Shown here one piece after another: positions 29,507-39,842 of a DNA stretch of 64,000 bases. The notes below the pieces were generated by a model. The model was not told the origin of the DNA, made no database searches, and was given only the letters and a program-made list of their open reading frames with translations. This DNA is from Nitrosopumilus sp. GTDB taxonomy: Archaea > Thermoproteota > Nitrososphaeria > Nitrososphaerales > Nitrosopumilaceae. The position numbers were made by a program, and so were the translations under genes. Position 1 is the first letter of the stretch. The number at the start of each line of letters is the position of its first letter. Where the stretch lies: assembly GCA_965238275.1 (NCBI GenBank), contig OZ250186.1, positions 704,001-768,000 on the forward strand, read 5' to 3'.

Positions 29507-31051
29507 ATGTCCACACTCAGAACCGTCCGGGTACTAGTCAGACTTCTTCCCTCAATCATCGCGCTGCGCAGGGACAGGAAGAGATGGGTCAAAAAGGAAG
29601 ACAGGGTTGATCAAGCAAAGTTTCAAAGGCATGCTCGAAAGATGCTTGATACATTCATCTCGCTTGGGCCTGTATACATAAAACTGGGACAGTGGCTCTC
29701 ATCAAGAGCAGACATACTGCCCCAACCGTATCTTGTGGAGCTTGCAAAACTGCAGGACAGCGTCCCTGCAGCCCCGTTTGATCTGGTAAGGCCGGTAATC
29801 GAGAGGGATCTGGGACCCATATCAGAGAGATTCGATGAGATAGATACCAGCCCAATATCCGGCGCATCGCTGGGTCAGGTCTATCTGGGAACATCCTCCG
29901 GCAGGCAGATGGCCATCAAGGTAAAGAGGCCCGGCATCGAGAAAGTCGTGGCCCTGGACATAAGGGTTCTGAAGAAGGTGCTTCCGCTGGCACTTAGGTT
30001 TGTAGATCCGGCCCTGCGGTATTCTGCAAAGGCCATGCTGGCCCAGTTCATAGAGACCATTCACGAGGAGATGGACTACACCCGCGAGTCGGCTAACCTC
30101 AAGAGGATCAAACACGACATGAGGGGTAACAAAAAGGTCGTGGTTCCGTCCGTATACGACGATCTCTCCTCAAAGAACGTCCTTACAATGGAGTATGTCC
30201 CCGGAATCAAGATAACAAACATTGAATCGCTCGAAGAGAAGGGAATCGACAGGAAGGCACTGGTCATTGATGTCCACAAGGTCTTCTTTACGATGCTTTT
30301 ACGGTACTCTGTGTTCCATGCAGACCCCCACCCGGGAAACATCTCGGTGACTGATGATGGCAGGCTGATTCTGTACGACTATGGGATGGTGGGAAGGCTT
30401 GACAACGAGACCCGGCTCAGGCTGGTCCGGCTGTATCTTGCCCTGGTGGAGAAGGATCCTGCAAGAACCGTCAATGCGATGGACGATCTTGGCATGCTGA
30501 CTCCGGAATCCAACAGGATGGTGATAGAGAAGGGAATCGGGATGACCATTGGCGCAATGCATGGCAAAAAGCCTGATGACATGGAGGTGGAGAGTTTGAT
30601 GGAACTTGCAAACAGGACCATGAGCAAGTTTCCGTTCGTATTGCCAAAGAACTTGGCCCTGTACATGAGGATGGCGTCGATCATTGAGGGAATCTACAAG
30701 ACGCACAAGGTTGACTTTAAATTTGTCAAGGTGGTCCGGGAGATACTCCAGGAGGAGAGGCTGATCAAGGACGCATACATAGAGGAGCTCAAGTACTCCT
30801 TTGAGAGGCTTGCAAAGTCCATCGACGCCACCATATCTGTCGCACCCGAACTCAAGAGGTTTTTGGACGAGAACCGGTCATTACAGTACGGCCCAAGATC
30901 CCGAACCGACAGACTGATTCCAAGCAGCATACTCTCGGCTGCAATATTTCTCGGCTCTGCTGTAATATACACGACTGATGCCACGATTGGCGCTGCCGGC
31001 ATGATATCATCGCTGATACTGATGGGCGTATTTGTAGCGTTTAGAAGGTAA
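29507..31051 (+). CDS. AarF/ABC1/UbiB atypical kinase
   Basis: GPVYIKLGQ, ASLGQV, AIKVKRP, FHADPHPGN, DYGMVG. Confidence 0.92.
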   Translation: MSTLRTVRVLVRLLPSIIALRRDRKRWVKKEDRVDQAKFQRHARKMLDTFISLGPVYIKLGQWLSSRADILPQPYLVELAKLQDSVPAAPFDLVRPVIERDLGPISERFDEIDTSPISGASLGQVYLGTSSGRQMAIKVKRPGIEKVVALDIRVLKKVLPLALRFVDPALRYSAKAMLAQFIETIHEEMDYTRESANLKRIKHDMRGNKKVVVPSVYDDLSSKNVLTMEYVPGIKITNIESLEEKGIDRKALVIDVHKVFFTMLLRYSVFHADPHPGNISVTDDGRLILYDYGMVGRLDNETRLRLVRLYLALVEKDPARTVNAMDDLGMLTPESNRMVIEKGIGMTIGAMHGKKPDDMEVESLMELANRTMSKFPFVLPKNLALYMRMASIIEGIYKTHKVDFKFVKVVREILQEERLIKDAYIEELKYSFERLAKSIDATISVAPELKRFLDENRSLQYGPRSRTDRLIPSSILSAAIFLGSAVIYTTDATIGAAGMISSLILMGVFVAFRR

Positions 31052-31432
31052 CTACTCTATGGTGATGTCGGTTCCGTCCTTCCGGATGGGAATTGTAACT
31101 GTCAGGATCCCGTCTGCGTATCTTGCAGACGTGACTGCCTCCTCTGCCGGGTGAACCGGAAGTCTTACCCTCTTGTCAATTATGTCCGGCCGCTGGTTGC
31201 AGATCATGTCGTGTTCCTTTTTTGCATCCCTGCTGGCCTTGATGCCAAGAATCCTTCCCCTCAATGACAGCTTGATGTCCTTCTTTTCAAATCCCGGCAT
31301 GTCTGCCTGCAGTACCAGCACGTCCCCGTCCAGATGCATGTCCACCGGCGGCAGGACAAACTCGTAAAACTCCTTTGACTTGTTTCCAATCTCCCTCATC
31401 ATCTCTCTTGCCATCGATCCGGCCAATCCCAT
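31052..31432 (-). CDS. Small heat shock protein (Hsp20/alpha-crystallin)
   Basis: ADMPGFEKKDI, ARYADGILTVTIP. Confidence 0.9.
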   Translation of the reverse strand: MGLAGSMAREMMREIGNKSKEFYEFVLPPVDMHLDGDVLVLQADMPGFEKKDIKLSLRGRILGIKASRDAKKEHDMICNQRPDIIDKRVRLPVHPAEEAVTSARYADGILTVTIPIRKDGTDITIE

Positions 31433-31542
31433 TTTCTATTGTATCCAATTTTTACTTATAAAGCTTGATGGATTCAAAACTAGGCCGCCCCCAAAACCAG
31501 ACGGGGGATTAATTAATACGGGATTGACTATCGTCTATACTC

Positions 31543-32124
31543 ATGATTGTTGTAATCGAGGGCGGGGATCAGGCAGGCAAGATGACCCAGTCTGCCATGC
31601 TCAAGCAGACCCTTACTGCACGTGGAGATAAAGTACAACAGTTTGACTTTCCGGATTATACCACCCCGGTAGGACATGAGATCAGGCGATACCTGGAGAG
31701 GAAACAAGAGTACGCACCACAGGTAATCCACTGCCTTCTAGCTGCAAACAGATGGGAGAAATTTCATGACATTGAGGAGGCCCAGAGGAACAACGACTTT
31801 TTGATAATGAACAGGTACTACCACTCCAACATCGTGTACGGCACTACCAACGGGGTGAACCGCCGGTGGCTTGAGAATCTTGACTCCGGGCTGCCCAAGG
31901 CAGACATCGTCATTCTGCTGGACATTGCAGCAGAAGAGTCGTTCCGCAGGAAGAGCCTTGATCGTGACAGGTTTGAAGGGAATGTGGAGTTTGTCAGGCA
32001 TATACGGGATGCATATCGTGATGCTGCTGCAGGGAATAACCACTGGCATGTGATCGATGCATTAAAGCCCAAAAAGGATATTCATGGAGAGATTCTTCAG
32101 ATATTAGAGCGGGCCTGCAAATGA
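31543..32124 (+). CDS. tmk: Thymidylate kinase
   Basis: IEGGDQAGKMTQ, NRYYHS, LPKADIV. Confidence 0.92.
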   Translation: MIVVIEGGDQAGKMTQSAMLKQTLTARGDKVQQFDFPDYTTPVGHEIRRYLERKQEYAPQVIHCLLAANRWEKFHDIEEAQRNNDFLIMNRYYHSNIVYGTTNGVNRRWLENLDSGLPKADIVILLDIAAEESFRRKSLDRDRFEGNVEFVRHIRDAYRDAAAGNNHWHVIDALKPKKDIHGEILQILERACK

Positions 32125-33350
32125 AAAAGTATCTAGACATTATTGATCCGATTCATGGCTTTATTCAGGTATCCAAGTCCGAACTACCACTGGTTGACAG
32201 TCCGCTCTTTCAGAGACTGAGACGGATAAAGCAGCTCTCCTGTGCATTTACCGTGTATCCCACGGCGCTTCACACGCGGTTTGAACACTCCCTGGGAGTC
32301 ATGTATATCGCAGGCCAGGCAGGCCAGGCACTGTACGAAAAGGGAGCAATAAAGTCAGACGAGATCGACATTCTCCGGCTGGCAGGACTGCTCCATGACA
32401 TAGGGCACGGGCCGTTCTCACACATATTTGAGGAGGTAAGTAGAACCCCAAAGACCACACACGAGGACTTTGGCAGGAGACTCATTCTGGAATCCGATAT
32501 TGGCGACTCCCTGCAGAACAGCGGGTTTGACAAGAGGCTTGTCGCCGATGTTGCATTTTCCCGATCCCAATTCAAGTACCTCAACGAGATAATCTCAGGC
32601 AGCCTCAGCGCCGACATGATGGACTATCTGCTCAGGGACAGCTACTTCACAGGCACCGAACATGCACGGATCGACTACAAGAGAATCACGCACTCCCTTG
32701 ACGTACACCAGAGGCATCTGGCACTGGACCAGTCGGCGCTGTACTCCTTTGAATCCATGGTGTACTCCAGATACCAGATGTTCAAGGCAGTATACTTTCA
32801 CAAGACTGTAAGGGCCGCTGAAGTCATGCTGATCGAGGCACTGAAACTCTCTGATGACGAGTTCGGATTCACCACGTTTGACCCCGATGAGTTCCTTGAC
32901 CTGACTGACGAGCAGGCGCTGATCATGATTGCATCCTCCAAATCCCCAAATCTTGGCCGTGCCCGGAGAATCGTTGAGGACTTTAAAAACAGGAGGCTGA
33001 TCAAGTGCGTATTTGAGAGGATCCACACAGGCAGCACAGACACGGAGATGAACACCGATGACATCCGTGCAGAGATATCAAGGAGAACACAAATCGATGA
33101 GGACGAGATCTTTGTTGACAGCGCGGCTGCCTCCTCGTTACCCACCATGCCCTCAGACAGCATGCACCAGTCGATCCTGCTGATGACGCGCCGGGGAGAG
33201 CAGTCCTCCGGACGTGAGGTGCTGGTCTCAGACATGCCGATAGTCTCGGCCATCTCCGGCTACATGAACATACTCCGGGTCTATACATATCCACAGAACA
33301 GAAAAAAAGTTGAAATTGCAGCAGGCTCAATACTCAAGGATCTGAAATGA
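32121..33350 (+). CDS. HD-domain phosphohydrolase (dNTPase-like)
   Basis: [35 protein letters not shown]. Confidence 0.9.
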   Translation: MKKYLDIIDPIHGFIQVSKSELPLVDSPLFQRLRRIKQLSCAFTVYPTALHTRFEHSLGVMYIAGQAGQALYEKGAIKSDEIDILRLAGLLHDIGHGPFSHIFEEVSRTPKTTHEDFGRRLILESDIGDSLQNSGFDKRLVADVAFSRSQFKYLNEIISGSLSADMMDYLLRDSYFTGTEHARIDYKRITHSLDVHQRHLALDQSALYSFESMVYSRYQMFKAVYFHKTVRAAEVMLIEALKLSDDEFGFTTFDPDEFLDLTDEQALIMIASSKSPNLGRARRIVEDFKNRRLIKCVFERIHTGSTDTEMNTDDIRAEISRRTQIDEDEIFVDSAAASSLPTMPSDSMHQSILLMTRRGEQSSGREVLVSDMPIVSAISGYMNILRVYTYPQNRKKVEIAAGSILKDLK

Positions 33351-34030
33351 AGAGGATTGTAATCAAACTGTCAGGACGAATCTTTGGCATGGACAACGTA
33401 AAGATGCTGGCAGACTATGCCGAGTTCCTGGTAAAGGTGAGCAAGGTATGCCAGCCCATCGTGGTTGCCGGAGGCGGAACCATCGCGCGCCACTACATAT
33501 CCCACGCCAGAGACTCCGGCGCAGACGAATCCAGTCTTGACGAGTTGGGCATCGAGATCTCGCGGCTCAATGCCAAGCTGCTGATATACGCCCTCAAGAA
33601 CAGGGCCTACCTGCATCCGCCTGTCACCCTGCAGGAGATTCGTCATGCAGTGGACGGGGGACTGATAGTAGTCACGGGGGGGCTGCACCCGGGCCAGAGC
33701 ACCAACGGGACTGCAGCACTGATCGCAGAGAAGGTTCAGGCCGAGCAGTTTCTCAACGCAACTGACGTAGACGGGGTGTACGACATGGATCCCCAAAAAT
33801 TCAAGAACGCAAAAAAGTTCAAGCGCATCGAGCTGAAGAACCTCAGGGCCATGCTGGTCCACGCGGACTCTGTCGCAGGAGGGTACGATCTGATGGACAT
33901 TCTTGCCCTGAAGATAATAGAGCGCTCCAGAATCAAGACGAGAATAATAAAGGCGGATCCGAAGATCATTGAAAGTGCCATCAAGGGCGCCGACGTGGGA
34001 ACCGAGGTTGTCCTGCCCTCATCATCCTGA
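33347..34030 (+). CDS. pyrH: UMP kinase
   Basis: [30 protein letters not shown]. Confidence 0.93.
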   Translation: MKRIVIKLSGRIFGMDNVKMLADYAEFLVKVSKVCQPIVVAGGGTIARHYISHARDSGADESSLDELGIEISRLNAKLLIYALKNRAYLHPPVTLQEIRHAVDGGLIVVTGGLHPGQSTNGTAALIAEKVQAEQFLNATDVDGVYDMDPQKFKNAKKFKRIELKNLRAMLVHADSVAGGYDLMDILALKIIERSRIKTRIIKADPKIIESAIKGADVGTEVVLPSSS

Positions 34031-34375
34031 ATCGTTCTGGACGGTACGTTTTGTCTCAGTCCAGATGCGGATCTCGCTTTTGGGATACTCTGGTATTCCG
34101 GATTGGCGCAGCTTCCCAAAGACTGACACGGCCTCGTCCCTTCCCATCGTCTTTGACTGCGCCTTTGTAAAGCCGTCACCGTCTACGATAATTGCCACGT
34201 AGCCGCCCTCAGATTCAATCACTGCCGTGTACTCCTCCTCCCCCACGGGCTCAAAACTCTGGCCGTTCTTCTTGGTAGTAAGTGTCAGCATGCCAAATCC
34301 GGCTGCCTTGAACATCTTCATCTGCGATCTGTTTGCCCTCTGTCTTCCCTGCTGAACCGCCTGAAAGTACTGCAT
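34022..34375 (-). CDS. Conserved hypothetical protein
   Basis: Likely ATG start [10 protein letters not shown] inside the longer ORF, which avoids overlap with 34425. Confidence 0.6.
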   Translation of the reverse strand: MQYFQAVQQGRQRANRSQMKMFKAAGFGMLTLTTKKNGQSFEPVGEEEYTAVIESEGGYVAIIVDGDGFTKAQSKTMGRDEAVSVFGKLRQSGIPEYPKSEIRIWTETKRTVQNDSG

Positions 34376-34424
34376 TACATCCTTTTGTTCCAATGGTATA
34401 ATAACTATCTCAACACAGTGCACA

Positions 34425-34979
34425 GTGATGGTCAATCCCAAGATCTTTGTGGGGGTAGCAGTTGCCGTACTTGCAGTCATACTCGGCGGCATTCTTCTAA
34501 CCGGACCGTCACTAATAGAGGCCCCCGGTACAGGCGGCGGCCCCCAGACACAACAGATACAGCCCCTCCAGGTCGAACTTGACGAGATCTCCGTGGCCAA
34601 GATCTCAGAGCGGACTGCCACAATCGACGTGGTATTTACAATCTCCAATCCCAACCCGCGCGCGGTACTAGTCCAGACCATGGACTATCAGCTCTATGAG
34701 ACAGGCTACTCAGAATCCGAGCAGATCTCAGGCGGCCAGATCGGAAGCAGGCCTGAGGGAATGGTGGAGTTTGGCTCCAACTTCTTTACCCTTCTTGGCG
34801 ACAACTCGATCATACTAAAGGACACCATCACGCTGAGAAACTCTGGAAACACGCCGCAGCTATGGGCCGATCTGCAGGACGATTCGGCCTCTTGGAGGAT
34901 CACCGGTACGGTATTTTACAATCTAAGCTCCATGACCAGCGGACAGGAGAACGAGGTTCACTTTGAGTTTGTCCGATAG
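34425..34979 (+). CDS. Membrane-anchored LEA2/WHy-like protein
   Basis: N-terminal TM; F.ISNPN...MDY motif. Confidence 0.65.
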   Translation: MMVNPKIFVGVAVAVLAVILGGILLTGPSLIEAPGTGGGPQTQQIQPLQVELDEISVAKISERTATIDVVFTISNPNPRAVLVQTMDYQLYETGYSESEQISGGQIGSRPEGMVEFGSNFFTLLGDNSIILKDTITLRNSGNTPQLWADLQDDSASWRITGTVFYNLSSMTSGQENEVHFEFVR

Positions 34980-35069
34980 GTATCATAGAATGATAAAATT
35001 ATGATACTTTGTTTTTAAAAAAAATAAATTGGAAAAGTTATAAAAGCTCGTTAAGCCCTTTTTTATTAA

Positions 35070-35180
35070 ATGGCTGAAGCAGGTATGGCCGCCTTTGGCG
35101 CGGCAGCAGGAGTTGCAATTGCACTGGCAGTAGTGTGTTTTGCTCTTCGTGGAAAGGGACATCCCGAACCACTGGATTAA
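35070..35180 (+). CDS. Small single-TM peptide (36 aa)
   Basis: MAEAGMAAFGAAAGVAIALAVVCFALRGKGHPEPLD*. TTATAAAA about 25-30 nt upstream, T-rich tract downstream. Confidence 0.6.
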   Translation: MAEAGMAAFGAAAGVAIALAVVCFALRGKGHPEPLD

Positions 35181-35307
35181 ACAAAGGAACGCATCCTTTA
35201 CAATATTTTTCATTTATCAAGAGTTCAGCCTGTGGTGGGGTCTCTCACGGGCACGAATCTGCACGGGAATCATACGGGTTAGGATGCACGCCGTCTGCGG
35301 TCCTTGA

Positions 35308-35955
35308 CTAGTTCTTGTCGCCCAACCCAAGCATCTCTGCGATGGTTAACTGCTTGGTGTTCTTTCTCTTTGTAAAGCACCGCTCATAGTACTGGCATTC
35401 TGCACATCTGGTAGACGGCTCCAGAACCGGCACCTTCTGCTCCTTGAGGAGGCTGGCCAGCACGCGGATCCTCCTGACAGTCTCCTCGAACATCTTTTTG
35501 TTGCGCGTCAGCGAGAATGTGGTCTCCTTTCTGTCCCCGGTGATGTAGACTATGATGCCGTCGTACTTGTCGTATATCCACATGCATGCATTAAGGTACA
35601 GTATGTCGTCTGCCATCGGATTCTCCGGCTCGACTGTTGCTGACCTGAACAGCAGTATGGCATCATCTGCTATCATGTCTGCATGCCCCCTGAGCTTGAG
35701 ATCGTCTATTGCAAACTCCTTGACCTCGCTGCCGTACTGGAACTTCTTGAGCAGCCCTGAGACCAGCTCGTTGAACCCCCTAATCTCGATATCCAGAGGA
35801 TCCATCCTGTCATAGTACGAGCGCCTCAGACACTGGACTGCCTCCTTGAGGTGGATGGTCTTGATGTCCTTGGAGTCTATGTTGATCTCCAATTCCTTGC
35901 TTATGGATCCAATCGCACCACGTATTGTGGTCTGAAAATCCCTGTCGCCCATCAT
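35308..35955 (-). CDS. Solo Cas4-like PD-(D/E)XK protein with Fe-S cysteines
   Basis: CLRRSYY and CAECQYYERC, LRGHAD; no cas operon or array nearby. Confidence 0.75.
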   Translation of the reverse strand: MMGDRDFQTTIRGAIGSISKELEINIDSKDIKTIHLKEAVQCLRRSYYDRMDPLDIEIRGFNELVSGLLKKFQYGSEVKEFAIDDLKLRGHADMIADDAILLFRSATVEPENPMADDILYLNACMWIYDKYDGIIVYITGDRKETTFSLTRNKKMFEETVRRIRVLASLLKEQKVPVLEPSTRCAECQYYERCFTKRKNTKQLTIAEMLGLGDKN

Positions 35956-35987
35956 GATATATTACCCGTCTGAGTGTTCCTTATAAC

Positions 35988-36224
35988 CTATCTTACTATT
36001 CTGGCCACTGCCCTTGAGATTCTGTCTGAGAATGCCAGGGTCGCAAAATGGACCCCGAATCCGGCCACTGCCCCGACGACCAGCTGGTCTGTCCCAAGAT
36101 ATATTCCCAGAAATATTCCAAGCGGCGGGAGTGCGAATATCATCGCCATGAATGAGCTGCCCCAGATGGTACTGATCAGAGTCTCCGCGGTGGGACCGGT
36201 TCTCCTCCTCAGGCCAGACATCAC
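35988..36224 (-). CDS. Small membrane protein
   Basis: 78 aa, two TM segments, translationally coupled to the ATPase subunit C gene. Confidence 0.6.
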   Translation of the reverse strand: MMSGLRRRTGPTAETLISTIWGSSFMAMIFALPPLGIFLGIYLGTDQLVVGAVAGFGVHFATLAFSDRISRAVARIVR

Positions 36225-37258
36225 TCCTCCTGTAGGATCAGCTTTGACATTGTGGTTGCAGCTGGAATCTTCTGTTCCACTGCAAAGGCGACGGCTGCAA
36301 GATTCCTTACCTCAAATGCCGTCAGCCTGGTGATTCCCACTATGGTTGCAAAACTGAACATCTTTGTGAATGATCTCAGGCTGGTGCGGTAGATCTCCAT
36401 CTCAAAGGCTCTCTCAAATGCCGCCATCAGGTTCAGATCGCCTTCAATCTGTGGAACAAGACCCTTGTACTTGGTACCTGACAGTTCACCGAATGCATCC
36501 CTGATGGTAGCAGCCCCCATCATCCTGCCAAGCAGATCCCTTGCGTGCGGGCCGGTGGGAATTATCAGATCCTGGATCTGTTCTTCCTGCAACTCCCAGA
36601 ATTTTCCCCTTATCACGCTCTGTATGTTGTAAAAATCAATGTCCATTGCAACCAGCTTTACTGCCTCCTTGTCTGAATAGTTCTTCATTGCGCCTGCCAG
36701 ATACTGGTACAGCATCTTGTCAAAGTACGTGTCAAATATCTGGATGTTTCCCTTCTCGTTGTACAGTGCTGCAGCCTTTCCGATCTCCTCGCCAAACTGT
36801 GCCTGGCTCAGGCTTGCCACGGCCTCATCTACACTCTTTGCAGTCAGTGCCTTTACTATCACATCCCTCTGCTTGATAAGCTCCTCTGCGTGAAGGTTGA
36901 CATGTCGTTCGATCTCCTCCTGGGACTTTCCCAACACCTTCCCCTTGAGGATCATCTTCAGGTTTGATATGATAAATTTCATATAGTATGCATCCAAAAC
37001 CCCCGAGTCGCCTGACGTCTTTGCAATGGAGTGGTGGGTGTCGGCAAGCCTGCTTCTGAGGGCCGACTCGATGGCAATCGATGTGTACGGCTTTTGAAGG
37101 CCTGCAACCGCACCGGCATAGACTGTATTCTTGATCCTGGTAATCAGCTCCTCCAGGTTTCTTGATTCTGCAAGAACCTGAAAGTCTGCCCTTGTCAGAA
37201 GCTTGCCCCTCTTGCTGTATGCCTTTACGGACGCATAGACGTTCTTTGAGGAGCCCAT
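36221..37258 (-). CDS. atpC: A/V-type ATP synthase subunit C
   Basis: YASVKAYSKRGKLL, IDFYNI, EVRNL; genomic context. Confidence 0.88.
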   Translation of the reverse strand: MGSSKNVYASVKAYSKRGKLLTRADFQVLAESRNLEELITRIKNTVYAGAVAGLQKPYTSIAIESALRSRLADTHHSIAKTSGDSGVLDAYYMKFIISNLKMILKGKVLGKSQEEIERHVNLHAEELIKQRDVIVKALTAKSVDEAVASLSQAQFGEEIGKAAALYNEKGNIQIFDTYFDKMLYQYLAGAMKNYSDKEAVKLVAMDIDFYNIQSVIRGKFWELQEEQIQDLIIPTGPHARDLLGRMMGAATIRDAFGELSGTKYKGLVPQIEGDLNLMAAFERAFEMEIYRTSLRSFTKMFSFATIVGITRLTAFEVRNLAAVAFAVEQKIPAATTMSKLILQEE

Positions 37259-37409
37259 TTCGATGAAACCTTTCTGAACTGCGGATTTTAATGTTTGGCG
37301 TTGGAATGGCACCATCCTATCCTGCAGGGAATACGGATCGCATCCTGCAGAGACGATCCCAATCCGGGCACCATCTTGGGCCCGGGCTTGTGGAACCGCA
37401 CACGCGGCA

Positions 37410-38075
37410 TCATGTAATCTTGTCCAGAAACCTGATGGCGTCCCTCTTCTCCTGTCTTGTGAGTCGCAGGAATGCCGACAGCATCTCCTTTTGGATCGTC
37501 AGTGAGTCATCTGAGATCTCCTTCAGCCTCGTCAGATCAAGGGGCAGCAGATCCTCGATCTCCCCGTTGCAAAACGCCCTGACATACATCTCAATTATTG
37601 AGTATGTAAAGTTGGGACTAACTCTCAGCATGCTGTATATGATTCCCTCAAACTCCCTCTCTCCGGACTCGGCCCCGGCAAAGAACTCTGTCAGGAGCTT
37701 CTCCCTGTTGCCAATCTCCCTTATTGCCACTGCTGCCAGAATTCCCCTTCTGGTCAGATGATAGTATGGAATTCCCTTCTCCTGAAGCACCCTGGGACCC
37801 CTGTTCAATGGAAGCCTGCCGTTCTCCTCTGCTATCCCAACAGGCAGCAGAACCTCGTCAAGATCGCGAAATATCCCCGAATAGATGTTCTTTGATGCAA
37901 CCCCGTGCCTCCTTGCAATGTTCTGGGAGATTCCCGTCCTGGTCCTCCCCGTGGGATTTGAATTCTCTGCAAGAATTGCAATAATGGCCCTCTGCCTGTC
38001 TGCCTCCCCTGTCCTGACGCCCCTCTTGGTCTTGAACGTGTTGAAGATCGCTAGTCTTGTGCCTGATGTCGTCAT
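37410..38075 (-). CDS. Conserved hypothetical protein, possible wHTH regulator, divergent from amt
   Basis: 221 aa; YYHLTRRG wing-like motif. Confidence 0.6.
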   Translation of the reverse strand: MTTSGTRLAIFNTFKTKRGVRTGEADRQRAIIAILAENSNPTGRTRTGISQNIARRHGVASKNIYSGIFRDLDEVLLPVGIAEENGRLPLNRGPRVLQEKGIPYYHLTRRGILAAVAIREIGNREKLLTEFFAGAESGEREFEGIIYSMLRVSPNFTYSIIEMYVRAFCNGEIEDLLPLDLTRLKEISDDSLTIQKEMLSAFLRLTRQEKRDAIRFLDKIT

Positions 38076-38173
38076 CGTCTGCTCACAGTGATTTAATTTT
38101 CATTTTTTATGTTAGTATCAATACATACTAAAATATAACAATTTACTTTTTTACAACTTTTCAAGTCTTGAAT

Positions 38174-38183
38174 CTTTAAATAA
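38174..38183 (+). promoter_or_regulatory. TATA box of the amt promoter
   Basis: CTTTAAATAA about 25 nt before ATG 38205, in an AT-rich divergent intergenic region. Confidence 0.55.
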
Positions 38184-38204
38184 TTTTCAACGCTGGATAG
38201 TTTA

Positions 38205-39767
38205 ATGAATTCTAGGAACCACAAGTATGCTCTATTACTTGTGGCCGCAGTAGCCATGACAGCAACTGGCGCATTGTCACAAGCATATGCACAGAATGTT
38301 GAAGATGGTATGGACGGATATGTCAAGGGGACCAGTGGTATCTACACTGGAAACCCCAATGAATGCTGGTATGACGACGGCGAAGGAGGTATGCTCCCAT
38401 GTCTTATTGACACGGGTGATACTGCCTGGATGCTGACGGCAACATCACTGGTACTCTTCATGTCTCCGGGAGTCGGTTTCTTCTATGGCGGTCTTGCCAG
38501 ATCGAAGAACATCGTCAACGTACTTGGTATGACCCTGATAGTTATGGGCCTCATGTCAGTGCAATGGATTCTATGGGGGTACTCGCTGGCATTCGGCGCA
38601 ATTGATTCGGACGCAAACATGTTCATGGGCAATCTGGACTACGCAGGGTTTAACCTGGTATCGCCATACGCACCGTTAGGTGAGGTCGGGCCATGTCAGG
38701 ACACGTGGGCCGCAGCCTATCAGATGAACGAGTTCAAGGACGGGGACTATTGTAGCTTAAGCTGGCCGGGGACTGTTCCTCACCAGCTCTTTGCAATGTT
38801 CCAGGGAACCTTTGCAATCATCACACCAGTTCTCATAATTGGTGGTCTGATTGACAGAATCAAGTTCAGCGCAATAGTCATATTCATGCTCCTATGGGGA
38901 ACCTTCGTCTATGACCCAATAGCACACTGGGTCTGGGGAGGAGGCTACATAGGAGGAGGCTCATTAGACCTCAATCCAGACCTATCTCCATCGGGTGCGC
39001 TGGACTTTGCTGGTGGTACTGTCGTACACATATCTTCAGGATTTGCCGCTCTGGCAGGTGCCTTGGTACTTGGCAGAAGGCTCGGATATGGCAAGATTCC
39101 AATGGAACCACACAACATCCCACTCGTAGTCCTCGGCGCAGGAATACTATGGTTTGGCTGGTTTGGTTTCAACGTTGGAAGCGAGGTTCAGGTCGACGGA
39201 ATTGCAGTAAGTGCATGGACGGTTACAAACACCGCAACAGGCATGTCTGTAGTCACGTGGGTCCTGATGTCTTGGGCCCATACCGGAAAACCAAGCATTG
39301 TAGGAGCTGCGTCAGGGGCAGTAGCTGGACTGGTTGCGATTACACCCGCATCTGGTTGGGTTGGCCCGATGGCTGCAATCATTATCGGTATTGCAGCCGG
39401 CACCATCTGTTACTCGGGCATCGCATTCAAGAATGCCCGCAAATGGGATGACGCACTCGATGTGTGGGGAGTCCACGGATTGGGCGGCCTCACAGGTGCA
39501 ATTCTGACTGGTACCCTTGCAAGTCCGCACATCTGGGACACAGGCGATGGTATCGGTGCATGGACAGGCACTCCGGAAGGAATGGAGCAGCAGGCAATCA
39601 ACATTCTCGGTGCTGCAATATGTGTAGCATACGCCTTCAGCGTTACAATCGTAATTCTGAAGGTAATGGACGCAGTATGGCCTGGTGGAATCAGGGTCAC
39701 TCCAAAAGAAGAGGAGATCGGCCTCGATCTTGCACAGCACGGCGAAAGAGCATACGTCAACGAATAG
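38205..39767 (+). CDS. amt: Ammonium transporter
   Basis: DTAWML, FFYGGL, DFAGGTVVH, WFGWFGFN, DDALDVWGVHG. Confidence 0.97.
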   Translation: MNSRNHKYALLLVAAVAMTATGALSQAYAQNVEDGMDGYVKGTSGIYTGNPNECWYDDGEGGMLPCLIDTGDTAWMLTATSLVLFMSPGVGFFYGGLARSKNIVNVLGMTLIVMGLMSVQWILWGYSLAFGAIDSDANMFMGNLDYAGFNLVSPYAPLGEVGPCQDTWAAAYQMNEFKDGDYCSLSWPGTVPHQLFAMFQGTFAIITPVLIIGGLIDRIKFSAIVIFMLLWGTFVYDPIAHWVWGGGYIGGGSLDLNPDLSPSGALDFAGGTVVHISSGFAALAGALVLGRRLGYGKIPMEPHNIPLVVLGAGILWFGWFGFNVGSEVQVDGIAVSAWTVTNTATGMSVVTWVLMSWAHTGKPSIVGAASGAVAGLVAITPASGWVGPMAAIIIGIAAGTICYSGIAFKNARKWDDALDVWGVHGLGGLTGAILTGTLASPHIWDTGDGIGAWTGTPEGMEQQAINILGAAICVAYAFSVTIVILKVMDAVWPGGIRVTPKEEEIGLDLAQHGERAYVNE

Positions 39768-39775
39768 AAAATACA

Positions 39776-39801
39776 CTTTTCTTTCCTTCTTTTTATTATT
39801 T
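39776..39801 (+). terminator. Oligo-T archaeal terminator after amt
   Basis: CTTTTCTTTCCTTCTTTTTATTATTT directly after the stop codon. Confidence 0.55.
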
Positions 39802-39842
39802 GATGACAAAAAATTTAGGTGCATGCGGTTCCATCCTGACAC

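Noticed and set aside
34983-35220. Cys-rich minus-strand ORFs (76 and 60 aa)
   Set aside because: They are shadows of the plus-strand 36-aa gene, which has the promoter and terminator signals.
35308-35955. CRISPR-Cas locus
   Set aside because: The Cas4-like gene is solo; there is no cas1/cas2, effector or array in the window.
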